This document shows positions 18,959 through 29,206 of a DNA stretch of 64,000 nucleotides, piece by piece. Each line of letters opens with the position of its first letter. Positions within the stretch are counted from its first letter, which is position 1. The DNA is from Patescibacteria group bacterium (GTDB lineage Bacteria > Patescibacteriota > Microgenomatia > JAMCZE01), in NCBI GenBank assembly GCA_023485845.1, contig JAMCZE010000010.1, positions 156,046 through 220,045 on the forward strand, written 5' to 3'. The translations under genes were made by a program, and so were the position numbers. The notes beneath the pieces are model-generated. The model had not been told where the DNA came from and did no database searches. It worked only from the letters and a program-made list of their open reading frames with translations.

Positions 18959-19174
18959 ATGAAGCTCGGAAAATACCAACATTCCAAAACTGGAAACTTC
19001 TACAGAGTTATTGGTATTGCAAAACACTCTGAAACACTTGAGGATTTGGTCGTTTATGAATGTTTATACGATAACCCTAAAAGCAAGCTATGGGTACGCC
19101 CTAAGAAAATGTTTTTAGAAAAAGTTGAGATCAACGGAAAGAAAGTACCTCGCTTTAAGTTTATTGAAGAATAA
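18959..19174 (+). CDS. DUF1653-family protein
   Basis: GKYQH...YRVIGIAKHSETLEDLVVY...WVRPKKMF...PRF; AGGAGG RBS. Confidence 0.88.
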   Translation: MKLGKYQHSKTGNFYRVIGIAKHSETLEDLVVYECLYDNPKSKLWVRPKKMFLEKVEINGKKVPRFKFIEE

Positions 19175-19295
19175 TAGCTGGTTGAGGATTTAAGAACTGT
19201 CTGATCTTTCCAACGTCAAAAGAGCTTATTTCATGCCAAACTTGTCGAAGTTCGGACACGAAGGCCTGCCCTTGAAATTCTGCTAAAATACACAC

Positions 19296-19637
19296 ATGCA
19301 AATTGCCACCGGAACTGTCCACACGGTGCCCCCGGACTTGAAAAAAGCCCTGGCGGCTGACCCCGGCGCGCTGGAAAAATGGAACAGTCTGACGCCGCTG
19401 GCCCGAAACGAATGGATTTGCTGGACAACTTTTGTTAAAAAAGCGCAGACCAGGGAAGAGCACGTTGACCGGGTGTGCTCCGAACTTAAAGACGGCATGC
19501 GCCGGCCGTGTTGCTGGCTAGGCTGCATTCACCGCCCCGACAAACCCCTAAGTCCGTCAGTGAAATATGTGCTTAGCCGAAAAAATATGGTAAAATGGAG
19601 GCATGGTGAATTGGTCCACGGACGAAAAAAAGTTTAA
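19296..19637 (+). CDS. YdeI/OmpD-associated family protein
   Basis: VPPDLKKAL...WNSLTPLARNEWICW...KKAQTR. Confidence 0.8.
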   Translation: MQIATGTVHTVPPDLKKALAADPGALEKWNSLTPLARNEWICWTTFVKKAQTREEHVDRVCSELKDGMRRPCCWLGCIHRPDKPLSPSVKYVLSRKNMVKWRHGELVHGRKKV

Positions 19638-19854
19638 GCGGAACTATCCCAGGGAATATAAACTTTGGCACTTAATCCAACTTATTAATTATGGACTTGA
19701 AGGGGAGAAGCTTGACGAGAAAGAGGTTAGGAAAGCCTGGCCAAGAATAAGGGACCAGTTAGACCCCCATAAGGCAACTTATCTTGAATTCTTATTATGG
19801 GATCACAAACCATCCTCAATCCAATTCAACGAGAATTTCTGGGCCTTATCATAA
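19603..19854 (+). CDS. Putative antitoxin partner of AbiEii-like toxin
   Basis: Small ORF overlapping the nucleotidyltransferase gene. Confidence 0.55.
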   Translation: MVNWSTDEKKFKRNYPREYKLWHLIQLINYGLEGEKLDEKEVRKAWPRIRDQLDPHKATYLEFLLWDHKPSSIQFNENFWALS

Positions 19855-20462
19855 AGGAACCATATATTCTCAAACATTATTACTGGACCGGTGGGACCGC
19901 ACTGGCTGAATTCTATCTTCGCCATCGGGAATCGGAAGATATTGATCTGTTTTCGGAAAACGAAGTTAATGTCGGGGCGATCTCAAATTTCGTTGGAGCG
20001 ATGGCCAAAAAAATTGAAGCGACCGATATAACCAGCCAGCGTTTCCTTGGGCTCTACAGTTTCACTTTCCACCTGCCGAAAACATCACTAAAAGTTGATT
20101 TTAACTACTATCCTTTCCTTCGAATTGATCAAAAGAAAAAATGGCAAGGATTAGCCGTTGACAGTCTCGAGGACATCGCCGTCAATAAAGTGCACACGAT
20201 GTTTATGAAGCCGCGGGCGAGGGATTTTGTTGATCTTTACTTTATTCTCAAAAAAGAATACGAGTTTTCTTTGGAAAGATTAATCAATCTAGCCGATGCC
20301 AAGTTTGATTGGCACATCGAACCGGTGCAGCTCGGAGAAAACTTTGCCAAAGTGGTTGCAATTAAAGATTTCCCAAAAATGCTCGTTCCTTTTGACAAAA
20401 AAGCCATGGAAAAATTTTTTCTGAATTTAGCAAAATCACTAAAACCGCAGATTTTCCAATAA
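19797..20462 (+). CDS. AbiEii/AbiGii nucleotidyltransferase (type IV TA toxin family)
   Basis: TGGTALA..YLRHRESEDIDLF, NKV, RDFVDLY. Confidence 0.88.
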   Translation: MGSQTILNPIQREFLGLIIKEPYILKHYYWTGGTALAEFYLRHRESEDIDLFSENEVNVGAISNFVGAMAKKIEATDITSQRFLGLYSFTFHLPKTSLKVDFNYYPFLRIDQKKKWQGLAVDSLEDIAVNKVHTMFMKPRARDFVDLYFILKKEYEFSLERLINLADAKFDWHIEPVQLGENFAKVVAIKDFPKMLVPFDKKAMEKFFLNLAKSLKPQIFQ

Positions 20463-21247
20463 TGATCACCAGCATTCATAATCCACTAATTAAAGAGGTT
20501 CGGGGCTTGCAACAGATGAGAAAACGCAAGCAGGCGGGGCTGACGGTGCTGGAGGGTTTCCGGACACTGCGCCACGCGGCGCAAAATGGTTGGAAAATTC
20601 GCACTGTTCTCTTTGTTCCCGAAAAAATTAACGCCGATGACAAAAAGTTATTGGACCAATGCCGGGCGGCCGGAGCCAGGCTGGAAGAAATCACCGAGCC
20701 GATTCTGGAGAAACTTTCCCGCCGGGAAGGGCCGTTGGGGGCCATTGCCGTGATTTTTTGGCAGGAAAAATATACTTTGGAGACTTTGCCGCTGCCAAAA
20801 AATCCTTTAATTCTGGTGGCCGAGGCGATCGAGAAGCCGGGCAACTTGGGAGTGTTAATCCGCTCCGCCTCCGCTGCCGGAGCCGACGGCGTGATTTTGT
20901 GCGACGCGCTCACCGCTTTCCATGACCCTTCCTGTGTCCACTCGTCCTTAGGTTCCGTGTTCACTCTCCCCTGCGTGACTACCACCACCCGGGAGTGTCT
21001 GGCCTGGCTAAAGGCGAAAAACATCACCTCGGTGGTCACCACCCCGGCGGGAAAAATCGCTTATACCCGGCAGGATTTCACCCGCCCCACCGCCATCATC
21101 ATGGGCAACGAACACGCCGGGGCCAGTCAGGCTTTCCTGGACCAGGGCGTCACCGTCCAAATCCCGATGCATGGGCCGATGGACAGCCTTAACGTTTCCG
21201 TCGCCGGCGCTCTGTTTCTCTTTGAAGCCATCCGCCAACGCTCCTAG
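20462..21247 (+). CDS. TrmH/SpoU RNA methyltransferase
   Basis: PGNLGVLIRSA, MGNEHAG, IPMHG..DSLNVSVA. Confidence 0.93.
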   Translation: MITSIHNPLIKEVRGLQQMRKRKQAGLTVLEGFRTLRHAAQNGWKIRTVLFVPEKINADDKKLLDQCRAAGARLEEITEPILEKLSRREGPLGAIAVIFWQEKYTLETLPLPKNPLILVAEAIEKPGNLGVLIRSASAAGADGVILCDALTAFHDPSCVHSSLGSVFTLPCVTTTTRECLAWLKAKNITSVVTTPAGKIAYTRQDFTRPTAIIMGNEHAGASQAFLDQGVTVQIPMHGPMDSLNVSVAGALFLFEAIRQRS

Positions 21248-21304
21248 TTTTTCAGTCTTTACTCAGACGGGGGAAATAAGCTAAGATCACGTTACAATAA
21301 ATAT

Positions 21305-21436
21305 ATGTATCTTGATCCGGGAACCGGGAGTTATTTGTTCCAAATGTTAATCGCCGGCCTTTTGGCCGGGGGATTTGTTTTCAAAGACCGCCTGGCCAAA
21401 GCCGCCGGTTGGTTTAAGGACAAACTTAAAAAATGA
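21305..21436 (+). CDS. 43-aa membrane peptide (YLDPGTGS type)
   Basis: MYLDPGTGSYLFQMLIAGLLAGGFVFK...; ATGA overlap with next gene; below ORF-track cutoff. Confidence 0.8.
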   Translation: MYLDPGTGSYLFQMLIAGLLAGGFVFKDRLAKAAGWFKDKLKK

Positions 21437-22749
21437 CCATTCTCCCCTCCTCGTTTAAGGACCCCGCCGGCTTCATGTTTAAACAAAACGGCCAGTTGTT
21501 TCGCCAAATAAATCCCGCCGGCGCCGCCGATTTCGCCCAATTTTGCCAATCCGGCTTGTGCGACGAGCTAGTGGCGCAAAAAATGCTCATCCCCCATCAG
21601 CAAATCAGACCCGGGGTCATTAAGCCGCAGTTGGTGCCGTTTATTTCCTATGCCTATGAATGGTGTTTTGACCAGCTTAAAGACGCGGCCCTTCTCACCC
21701 TGGCCATCGAGAAAATTGCCCTGAAGCATGACATGACCCTTAAGGACGCCGCCAGTTTTAATATCCAATTTCTTTGTGGAGCGCCGGTTTTAATCGACAC
21801 GTTATCCTTCACTAAATATGTTCCCGGCCAACCATGGATCCCCTATAAACAGTTTTGTGAACAATTTTTGGCCCCGTTAGCGCTGATGGCGGCTAGGGAT
21901 ATCCGCTTAGGCCGGCTGCTGCGCTCCTTTGTCGGCGGCCTGCCACTAGACTTGGTGGCTAGTCTCCTGCCGGTCAAAAGCAAACTCCAGCCGGGAATTT
22001 TAATGCATTTGGTTCTTCACGCCCGCAGCCAGGGGCAAGCGCGTCGGGCCAAAATCAGCCGGCCGGCCAACTTTAGCCGGCAGTCTTTGCTGGGATTGAT
22101 TGACAGCTTGGAAAGCACCATTGAATCCCTAAAATGGGATCCGCCAGCCGGCGGATCCTGGGCCGACTATCAGATCTCGGCCGGCAAGGAAAAAATTGTC
22201 GCCGGCATGCTTAAAATCGCCAAACCAAAAGCCCTGTGGGACATCGGCGCCAACACCGGCACTTTCTCCCGCCTGGCCGCCGGCCAAAAAATTAACGTGC
22301 TGGCCATCGACAGCGATCCAGCCGTGGTGGAAACCAACTATCAACAGATAAAAAAGGATAAGGAAACCAGGATTTTACCGTTGTGGCTGGACATTGCCAA
22401 TCCCAGCCCGGCGCTGGGCTGGGCCAATCAGGAACGCGATGACCTTTTTTCCCGGTCCCGCCCGGACGCGGTTTTATCCTTAGCCCTAATCCACCATTTA
22501 GCCATCAGCCAAAACTTGCCCCTGCCCCGGCTGGCCAAGTTTTTTGCCGCCCTTTCCCCTAATTTAATCATCGAATTTGTTCCCAAGGATGACCCCAGAG
22601 TTCGGGAGCTGCTGGCTTTGCGCCAAGACATTTTTCCAAACTATAATCAGGTATCTTTTGAAAAAGGGTTTGCCCGTTATTTTAAAATAATCCGCCGGAC
22701 GAGCCTGCCAAAATCCGGCCGCCAGGTATACTTAATGAAACACCGATGA
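21433..22749 (+). CDS. NoeA-like SAM-dependent methyltransferase with kinase-like N-terminus
   Basis: SFKDPAG, LKDAASFNIQF, IDTLSF, WDIGANTG, LALIHHL. Confidence 0.85.
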   Translation: MTILPSSFKDPAGFMFKQNGQLFRQINPAGAADFAQFCQSGLCDELVAQKMLIPHQQIRPGVIKPQLVPFISYAYEWCFDQLKDAALLTLAIEKIALKHDMTLKDAASFNIQFLCGAPVLIDTLSFTKYVPGQPWIPYKQFCEQFLAPLALMAARDIRLGRLLRSFVGGLPLDLVASLLPVKSKLQPGILMHLVLHARSQGQARRAKISRPANFSRQSLLGLIDSLESTIESLKWDPPAGGSWADYQISAGKEKIVAGMLKIAKPKALWDIGANTGTFSRLAAGQKINVLAIDSDPAVVETNYQQIKKDKETRILPLWLDIANPSPALGWANQERDDLFSRSRPDAVLSLALIHHLAISQNLPLPRLAKFFAALSPNLIIEFVPKDDPRVRELLALRQDIFPNYNQVSFEKGFARYFKIIRRTSLPKSGRQVYLMKHR

Positions 22750-24227
22750 CTAAACTTTTTCTCACCCCGATTTTGTTAACCGTGGCCTACATCGGCATGG
22801 TTTTTTTGACCAACATTAATCTTTTGTCGCTAAGCGAAATCATCCCCCCGCTGCTGACTTTTGGCCTTGGCGCCGTTATTGTTTGCGCCCTGTTTCTGCT
22901 TTTTTCCAAAAACAAAACCAAGGCGGCTGTCGCCTGCTCCCTCTGTGCGGTGGCCTTTTTTTCCTATGGCCTGGTTCATGAGTGGTCCGGTGCCGCGCTC
23001 CTGGTGGTTCTAGTTTTAATCTGGCGGACCAAACGGGACCTGGCCCCGGTCGCTCGGGTCTTGTTTGCCGCCGCGGTGATTATCACCCTGATCAGCTTCC
23101 TGCGCATTGCCGTTTTTCAAATCCAGCGGACGACCAAAACTAATAATCCCAGCCCGCTTGTGTTGCCGGCCGTGGCCACCCCCGCAAAATTGCCCGACAT
23201 CTATTATATTGTCCCCGAAGATTATTCTTCAGCGGCCGTGATGGCCAAATATTTTTCCACCGACATCTCCGATTTTCTCGGCTTTCTCACCGATAACGGC
23301 TTTTTTGTCGCTTCCCAAAGCGCTTCCAATTATCCCAAATCGTTTCTTTCCATCGCCTCAACACTGAATATGGAATATCTCGATTATCTGTCCAAATACA
23401 AAAATTCTTCCGATCAAACCATCGCCACTCCACTGATTGAGGACAACAACGTGATGCGTTTTTTGCGCGGCCAGGGCTATAAATATTACCAGATGGGCTC
23501 CTGGTGGGACCCGACCAAGGTCAACCCCTTTGCCGATGACAATTTTGTTTTGGAGGACGCCAACAACGCCGGGGTGGACGAGTTAACCTACACCGCCCTG
23601 GAGGGAACAATGGTCCGGCCGATTCTGAATCGGATTTTCCCCCAGGCGCTGATCACCGACTCCAACAAGGATAAGCGCCGGAGGATTCTCTACCAATTTG
23701 ACAAACTGCCTGACGTTATTGATTTGCCCGGACCGAAATTTGTTTTCCTCCATGTCATCGCCCCACACGGGCCCTATGTTTTCGACCAGGACTGCAAGTT
23801 CATCGGTGCCGCGATCGTCAACGCCCAGCCGGAGACCAAAAGCTATGGCGACCAGGCCCACTGCATTAACTTAAAACTGGAAAACGCCATTAACCAAATT
23901 ATTTCCGGCTCGGCCACCCCGCCGGTGATTTTGCTGCAAACCGATGAAGGAGCGCCGTTTCTGGGAGGGATGGTGTCGCCGGCGGACAATTGGAAAACCG
24001 CCAGCCCGGATCTGTTGAAAGAGAAGTTCCCCATTATCGCCGCCTACTATCTGCCGGGAATAAAAGCCACCGGCCTCTATCCCGCCATCACCCCGGTCAA
24101 TTCTTTCCGCTTAATTTTGAATGATTATTTCCACACTAACTTTCCCCTTTTGCCGGACGAGAACTTCATCTTTGCCGACGCCAACCACCTTTATGAGTTC
24201 ACCGACGTGACCGCCATTGCCCACTAG
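22746..24227 (+). CDS. Membrane-bound sulfatase / alkaline-phosphatase superfamily protein
   Basis: N-terminal TMs; PDIYYIVPE, HVIAPHGPY, QTDEG. Confidence 0.8.
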   Translation: MTKLFLTPILLTVAYIGMVFLTNINLLSLSEIIPPLLTFGLGAVIVCALFLLFSKNKTKAAVACSLCAVAFFSYGLVHEWSGAALLVVLVLIWRTKRDLAPVARVLFAAAVIITLISFLRIAVFQIQRTTKTNNPSPLVLPAVATPAKLPDIYYIVPEDYSSAAVMAKYFSTDISDFLGFLTDNGFFVASQSASNYPKSFLSIASTLNMEYLDYLSKYKNSSDQTIATPLIEDNNVMRFLRGQGYKYYQMGSWWDPTKVNPFADDNFVLEDANNAGVDELTYTALEGTMVRPILNRIFPQALITDSNKDKRRRILYQFDKLPDVIDLPGPKFVFLHVIAPHGPYVFDQDCKFIGAAIVNAQPETKSYGDQAHCINLKLENAINQIISGSATPPVILLQTDEGAPFLGGMVSPADNWKTASPDLLKEKFPIIAAYYLPGIKATGLYPAITPVNSFRLILNDYFHTNFPLLPDENFIFADANHLYEFTDVTAIAH

Positions 24228-26524
24228 CTCCGATAGGCCGCTTTTGCCAACTCAGTGATTTGCATCCATAAAAGTGACCAGAGCCAGACGAAAAGAATTA
24301 AGGACAAAGGCAGGGCCGCCGGCATAAACAAGCCAAAGAAAACGGCAATTGAGGCCGCCAGCTGGGTGATGGTCGTGGCGGCAATCACCGGCCGGCTGGG
24401 CAGCCAGCGCCACCAGCGTTCTTTCGTGTGGGCCACATAGATGAGCAAATGGCCGGAAACGGTTAATTTAAGAAAATAAGCCGTTTGAATAATCGGCCAG
24501 GCCAGGTGCCAACCAGAATACATTAAAGTGAACAGCAATAAACTGTTAGCCACTCCCGCCAGCCCAAAAAGAGAACTCAAAACAAAACGACTCCGGACGT
24601 TAATTTTGGCCGGACTAAGGGTGTTGGCCACCCGGTCGGTGGCCAGAGAAATAATGGGGATGTCATTAAGCAAGGCGATCAGAATAATCTGCAGGGGGGT
24701 TAAAGGATAGGTCCGAAAGATCAATCCCAAAATGACAATGGTGACAATGAGCCGGAAACTTTCCGAGAGCCGGTAGAGGGAATAGGTGTAGAGCCGGGAG
24801 AAAATCTTGCGGCCCTCAATGATCGCGTCTTTAATGACGGCAATGCCGTTGGCGAGAAGCACGATGTCGGCCGTGGCTTTCAGGGCGGAGACGGCGTTAG
24901 CCACGGCAATCCCCACGTTGGCCTCCTTCACCGCCGGCAGATCATTAATACCATCGCCGTTAGTAGCCACGGTGAAAAACTTCTTGGCCCGGCGCACCAG
25001 CGCCAACTTATCTTCCGGATAGATCTCGGCAAAGGCCTGGGTCTGGCGAAAAAAATTAATGTCCAGGTTATCCCAATCTAATTTTTCCAACTGGTCCTTG
25101 GTGACAATCTGGCTGCCGGGAATGGCCAACTGCCGGCCGATGTCAGCGGCAATAGTCCGGTTGTCCCCGGTGACCATCGCCACTTCAATTTGGTTGGCCG
25201 CCAGAAAAGCCATCACCTCCGCCGCTTCCGGCCGGACCTCGTCGGACAGCCCCAGCAGCCCAACTAATTTAAACTTGCCGTCAACCTTTTGCGCCACGGC
25301 AATCGTTCGCGCCCCGGCCAGCGGATTTATCTTGGCATCACAAAGGGCGGCAATCACCTGCGGTGCCCCGGCCGTCACCTCATAGGTTTTGCCCGCCAAT
25401 TTCACCGTGGCCGCCGTTCGCTTATTCACCGAATCGCCGGGAGTGAAAGCTAGCACTTGGGGATTTTCGACTTTAATTTCCGCTGCTTGAAATTTCTGGC
25501 CAATGGCCAGACTAATTAAACTTCGCTCATCCTTAAACGAGGCCAAATAGGCCGCCAGCATTAAGTCCCGATCGGAAAACTCGCCCGCCGGCGCCATTTG
25601 AGAAACGACAATCTGGTTTTTAGTCAGCGTTCCCGTTTTGTCGGTTAAAAGCAAATCCACTTTGGCCAAATCCTCCAGGGCGGACAGCCGCCGGACCACC
25701 GCCTGTTTTTTGGAAAGCTCCAGCACCCCGAGGGCAATAATGAGCGTCATCACCGTGGGTAAACTCACCGGAATGCCGGCAATAATTAAACTCAGGCCCA
25801 AGGTTAGCAGTTCCGGCAGCGGCACTTTTTCCCAAAAGAAAACGGTCGTAATAATCACCGTCCCCGCCAGGCTTAAGACAGAAAGAAATTTGGAAATGCG
25901 AATGATGTCCTCTTCCAAAAAGCTTTTTTTTGCTGTGGTTTCCACCGCGCTGACCGTTTTGCCAAACTTGGTGTTCGGGCCAATTGCCGTGACCGCCATC
26001 ACCGCAATCCCGGTGGTGATAAACGAGCCGGAAAATAGCCAATCACCGACCTTTTTCTCTTTGGGCAGCGACTCACCGGTGAGGGCCGCTTCACTGACAG
26101 ACACGTTGCTGTCCTGGGTCAAATGGCCGTCGGCGGGAACCACTTCCCCAGCCGCCAGTTGGACCACATCCCCCGCCACCAGTTCCCGAGTGGGCAAATC
26201 CTGCCAGTTCCCGTCCCGGCGCACTTTCACCAAGCTCTTAAGTTGGTCATTTAGTTTGGCAATCGCGTCGTCGGCTTTGGCCTCCTGCCAAACGGACACG
26301 CCGACGTTAATTAGAAGCAAAACTAAAATAAACGCCCCGTCGAAGGTTTTTTGGTCAAAAAAGGACAGGCCGGCGGCGGCCAAAAGCATCAGGGAAATCG
26401 GCGAGAAAAACAGCCGCACCAGATTGCCCGCCGCGGACTGTTTCTTTTCCGCCAGCTCATTAAACCCAAATTTTTTCTGGAGCTCCTGCGCCTCTTTGGT
26501 CGTCAGCCCACCCAAATTTTCCAT
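24224..26524 (-). CDS. P-type ATPase, plasma-membrane H+-efflux (P3A)-like
   Basis: TGES, GIPVSLP, DKTGTLT, TGD, GDGIND, LLNDIP. Confidence 0.88.
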   Translation of the reverse strand: MENLGGLTTKEAQELQKKFGFNELAEKKQSAAGNLVRLFFSPISLMLLAAAGLSFFDQKTFDGAFILVLLLINVGVSVWQEAKADDAIAKLNDQLKSLVKVRRDGNWQDLPTRELVAGDVVQLAAGEVVPADGHLTQDSNVSVSEAALTGESLPKEKKVGDWLFSGSFITTGIAVMAVTAIGPNTKFGKTVSAVETTAKKSFLEEDIIRISKFLSVLSLAGTVIITTVFFWEKVPLPELLTLGLSLIIAGIPVSLPTVMTLIIALGVLELSKKQAVVRRLSALEDLAKVDLLLTDKTGTLTKNQIVVSQMAPAGEFSDRDLMLAAYLASFKDERSLISLAIGQKFQAAEIKVENPQVLAFTPGDSVNKRTAATVKLAGKTYEVTAGAPQVIAALCDAKINPLAGARTIAVAQKVDGKFKLVGLLGLSDEVRPEAAEVMAFLAANQIEVAMVTGDNRTIAADIGRQLAIPGSQIVTKDQLEKLDWDNLDINFFRQTQAFAEIYPEDKLALVRRAKKFFTVATNGDGINDLPAVKEANVGIAVANAVSALKATADIVLLANGIAVIKDAIIEGRKIFSRLYTYSLYRLSESFRLIVTIVILGLIFRTYPLTPLQIILIALLNDIPIISLATDRVANTLSPAKINVRSRFVLSSLFGLAGVANSLLLFTLMYSGWHLAWPIIQTAYFLKLTVSGHLLIYVAHTKERWWRWLPSRPVIAATTITQLAASIAVFFGLFMPAALPLSLILFVWLWSLLWMQITELAKAAYRS

Positions 26525-26560
26525 GTAACCATCTTAGTCGCACCTTGCCAGTCAAGCAAA

Positions 26561-26770
26561 TCAGGCGCTGGCGAAGCGGGTTTCGAGGTGTTCCACCCGC
26601 CCTTTGAGGTCATCAAACTCTTTGATTGTCGGGGTGTCATCTTCCAGTTCGGCAATTTGTTCGCCAAGTTTATCAAGCCGCTCCGTGACTGTCTTAAAAC
26701 CGCTCACTGTCTCTGTCTTGAGCGCTACGATCTGATCCAGAATTGCCTGCAATAGTTTATTGTCCGCCAT
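26561..26770 (-). CDS. Small coiled-coil hypothetical protein
   Basis: 69 aa heptad pattern between the two ATPase genes. Confidence 0.6.
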   Translation of the reverse strand: MADNKLLQAILDQIVALKTETVSGFKTVTERLDKLGEQIAELEDDTPTIKEFDDLKGRVEHLETRFASA

Positions 26771-26812
26771 AATTCTATTTTTCCCCATTGATGAATCAAA
26801 TGCAAGGGCCAA

Positions 26813-29206
26813 TTAACTAAAATCCAAAAACCGGAAACGGGCGTTGAGGAATTTCAGAAAGTCAAAGATAAGAATGAAAACAAAGGCGGCGGCCAGAGCC
26901 ATCAACCACTCCCGGCCACCAAGCGGCGTGGTTTCAAAAACGGTGTTAATCGGCAGATAAATAATCGCCAGAGAGAGAACTAGGGACAACCCGGCGGCGC
27001 CGAAAAGATAGCCGTTGGTCAGCGGCGACCGGGTGAGACTCTGCTGGCGCAGCGAGCGAAAATTAAAAGCATTGGCCACCTCCAGAATAATTAAAGCTAA
27101 CAGCGCCTCGGTTCGGCCCGCCAGCCCAAAGACCAGCAGGGTTAAGACCGTCATCAACCCCCCGGCCAAAAAAGCCACCAGAATAAGCCGATTGGTGAGA
27201 ATCTCCGGCTTCTTTCTCGGCGGCTCATCCATGACGTCCTGCGACGATCTATTAAACGCGAAGGTGATCGCCGGCAAATCATCAGTCACCAAATTTAAAA
27301 ATAAAATCTGCAGGGCCAACAGCACCGGCGTTTGCCAGCCAAAAAGCGGCGCCAACAGCACCCCGAAAAACAAAATTGCCAGTTCCGCCAAATTGCAGGA
27401 AAGTTGATAAGTGACAAACTTGCGCATGTTATTAAAAATGGTCCGGCCTTCCCGGATGGCCGTGACAATCGTGGCGAAATTATTATCTTTCAGCGTTAAA
27501 TCGGCCACCGACCGAGCCACATCTGTCCCCCCGATCCCCATCGCCACCCCAATATGCGCCTCTTTGAGAGCCGGACTGTCATTAACGCCGTCGCCGGTCA
27601 TCGTTACCACCTCGCCGAGACTGCGAAGGGCTTTAACGATGCGCAGTTTGTGCTCTGGCCGAACCCGAGCAAAAATGGCCGTTTGCGCCACCACCCGGCC
27701 CAGCTCGTCATCAGTCATCTGGTCCAGTTTCGTTCCTTCCAGCACTTCTCCGGTTAAACCGATTTGCCCGGCCACTGCCAGGGCCGTTTGGCGATGGTCC
27801 CCGGTGATCATCTTAACGGCGATCCCCGCCGCCCGCGCCTCGACGATGGCTTCTTTGACTTCCGGCCGCGGCGGATCGGCCAGCCCCACCAGGCCAAAAA
27901 ACGTTAGATTTGTTTCTCCCCGGCTCGGCCGACCGGCCAGGGCAATTGTGCGATAGGCCGCCCCTGTCCACTCCTGATTAATTTTTTCAATTTCCGTTTT
28001 ATTAAAATTTTTGCACCGGGCTAATACCACTTCCGGCGCCCCTTTAATAAAGGAATAATTTTTCCCGCCCATCTTGCCAAAAACCGCCATCATTTTTTTC
28101 TCAGAACTGAAAGGAATTTCTTCCTCCCGGGTAAAATTTAAGTCCTCACGGAAAACTTTTTCTTTGGCTGCTGCCGCCAAAAGCGCTGCTTCCGTCCCCC
28201 GCCCATTCCCTCCGGCGGGCGTGTCATTGCACAGCACCGCCGCTTGCCAGAGCTTTTCCAAATTCTTGCTGAAAACTTTTTCCACCGTCATCTGCCCGGT
28301 GGTAATCGTCCCCGTCTTGTCCGCGCAAATCACTGTCGTTTCCCCCAGTGTTTCAATAATGGACATCCGGTTAACGATGGCGTTTTTCTTGGCCATCCGG
28401 GAAGCGCCCATCGCCAATGATGTGGCCAAAACCACCGGCATCCCCTCGGGAAAGGCCGAGACCATCAGGGCAATCACCACCACTAAAATGTGAACCAGGG
28501 TTTCCATTGTCACCACCGGGGCGCGAACTATTAATAGGAAACCCGTTAGGGCGGAAATAATAATTGCGATCACCACCATGACCCGGGCAATATTATTGAC
28601 CTTGCCGGCTAGCGGCAATTCTTTTTCGGTGCGCGCGACCAGTTTCACGATCTGGCCAAATTTTGTGCTCATTCCCGTATGTTGGATCGTCGCTGTGGCC
28701 CGGCCGGCCAGGATATATGTGCCGGCAAAAACCATCTCCCCGACTTTTTTGGTGATTGGTTCTGACTCGCCGGTTAACACCGCTTCATCCACCGCCAGCT
28801 GGGACAACTGTGTGATTTTTCCGTCGGCCGGGATCTTTTCCCCAGCCCGCAAAATCACCGTGTCTCCCGGAACAACCGCCGTGGTGGGCACCGATTGTTC
28901 CTGGCCGTCGCGCACCACGGTGGAGCTGGCGGCGGTCATCTCCCGCAACCTTGCCACCGCATTTTCTGCCCGGTATTCCTGAAAAAAGCCCATCCCCACC
29001 ACCAGGAAAATTACACCCGTCACCGTCACTCCCGTCACGTTCTCCCTGATTAGAAAGGAAATTAAGGCTGCCAAAATCAGCAGATAGACAATGAGGTTAC
29101 CCTTAATCTGGGCCAGAACAATGCGCACCGCCGACACCGCGTCCGGGTTAATAATTTTATTCGGCCCCCATTGGACCAAAAGTTTGGCTGCCTCTTGACT
29201 GCTCAC
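26813..29206 (-). CDS. Cation-transporting P-type ATPase (P2A-like)
   Basis: TGES, PEGMP, DKTGTIT, KGAPE, TGDGVND, NLVTD. Confidence 0.92.
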   Translation of the reverse strand: MSSQEAAKLLVQWGPNKIINPDAVSAVRIVLAQIKGNLIVYLLILAALISFLIRENVTGVTVTGVIFLVVGMGFFQEYRAENAVARLREMTAASSTVVRDGQEQSVPTTAVVPGDTVILRAGEKIPADGKITQLSQLAVDEAVLTGESEPITKKVGEMVFAGTYILAGRATATIQHTGMSTKFGQIVKLVARTEKELPLAGKVNNIARVMVVIAIIISALTGFLLIVRAPVVTMETLVHILVVVIALMVSAFPEGMPVVLATSLAMGASRMAKKNAIVNRMSIIETLGETTVICADKTGTITTGQMTVEKVFSKNLEKLWQAAVLCNDTPAGGNGRGTEAALLAAAAKEKVFREDLNFTREEEIPFSSEKKMMAVFGKMGGKNYSFIKGAPEVVLARCKNFNKTEIEKINQEWTGAAYRTIALAGRPSRGETNLTFFGLVGLADPPRPEVKEAIVEARAAGIAVKMITGDHRQTALAVAGQIGLTGEVLEGTKLDQMTDDELGRVVAQTAIFARVRPEHKLRIVKALRSLGEVVTMTGDGVNDSPALKEAHIGVAMGIGGTDVARSVADLTLKDNNFATIVTAIREGRTIFNNMRKFVTYQLSCNLAELAILFFGVLLAPLFGWQTPVLLALQILFLNLVTDDLPAITFAFNRSSQDVMDEPPRKKPEILTNRLILVAFLAGGLMTVLTLLVFGLAGRTEALLALIILEVANAFNFRSLRQQSLTRSPLTNGYLFGAAGLSLVLSLAIIYLPINTVFETTPLGGREWLMALAAAFVFILIFDFLKFLNARFRFLDFS

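Larger units (their letters stand above)
1..19250. mobile_element. Integrated element / genomic island (left end outside window, right end approximate)
   Basis: Primase module, XRE regulator, cargo genes and five IS copies; visibly AT-richer than DNA after ~19.25 kb; no integrase seen in window. Confidence 0.65.

Noticed and set aside
25638-28982. Long + strand ORFs such as the 296-aa one
   Set aside because: Antisense shadows of GC-rich P-type ATPase genes with no motifs
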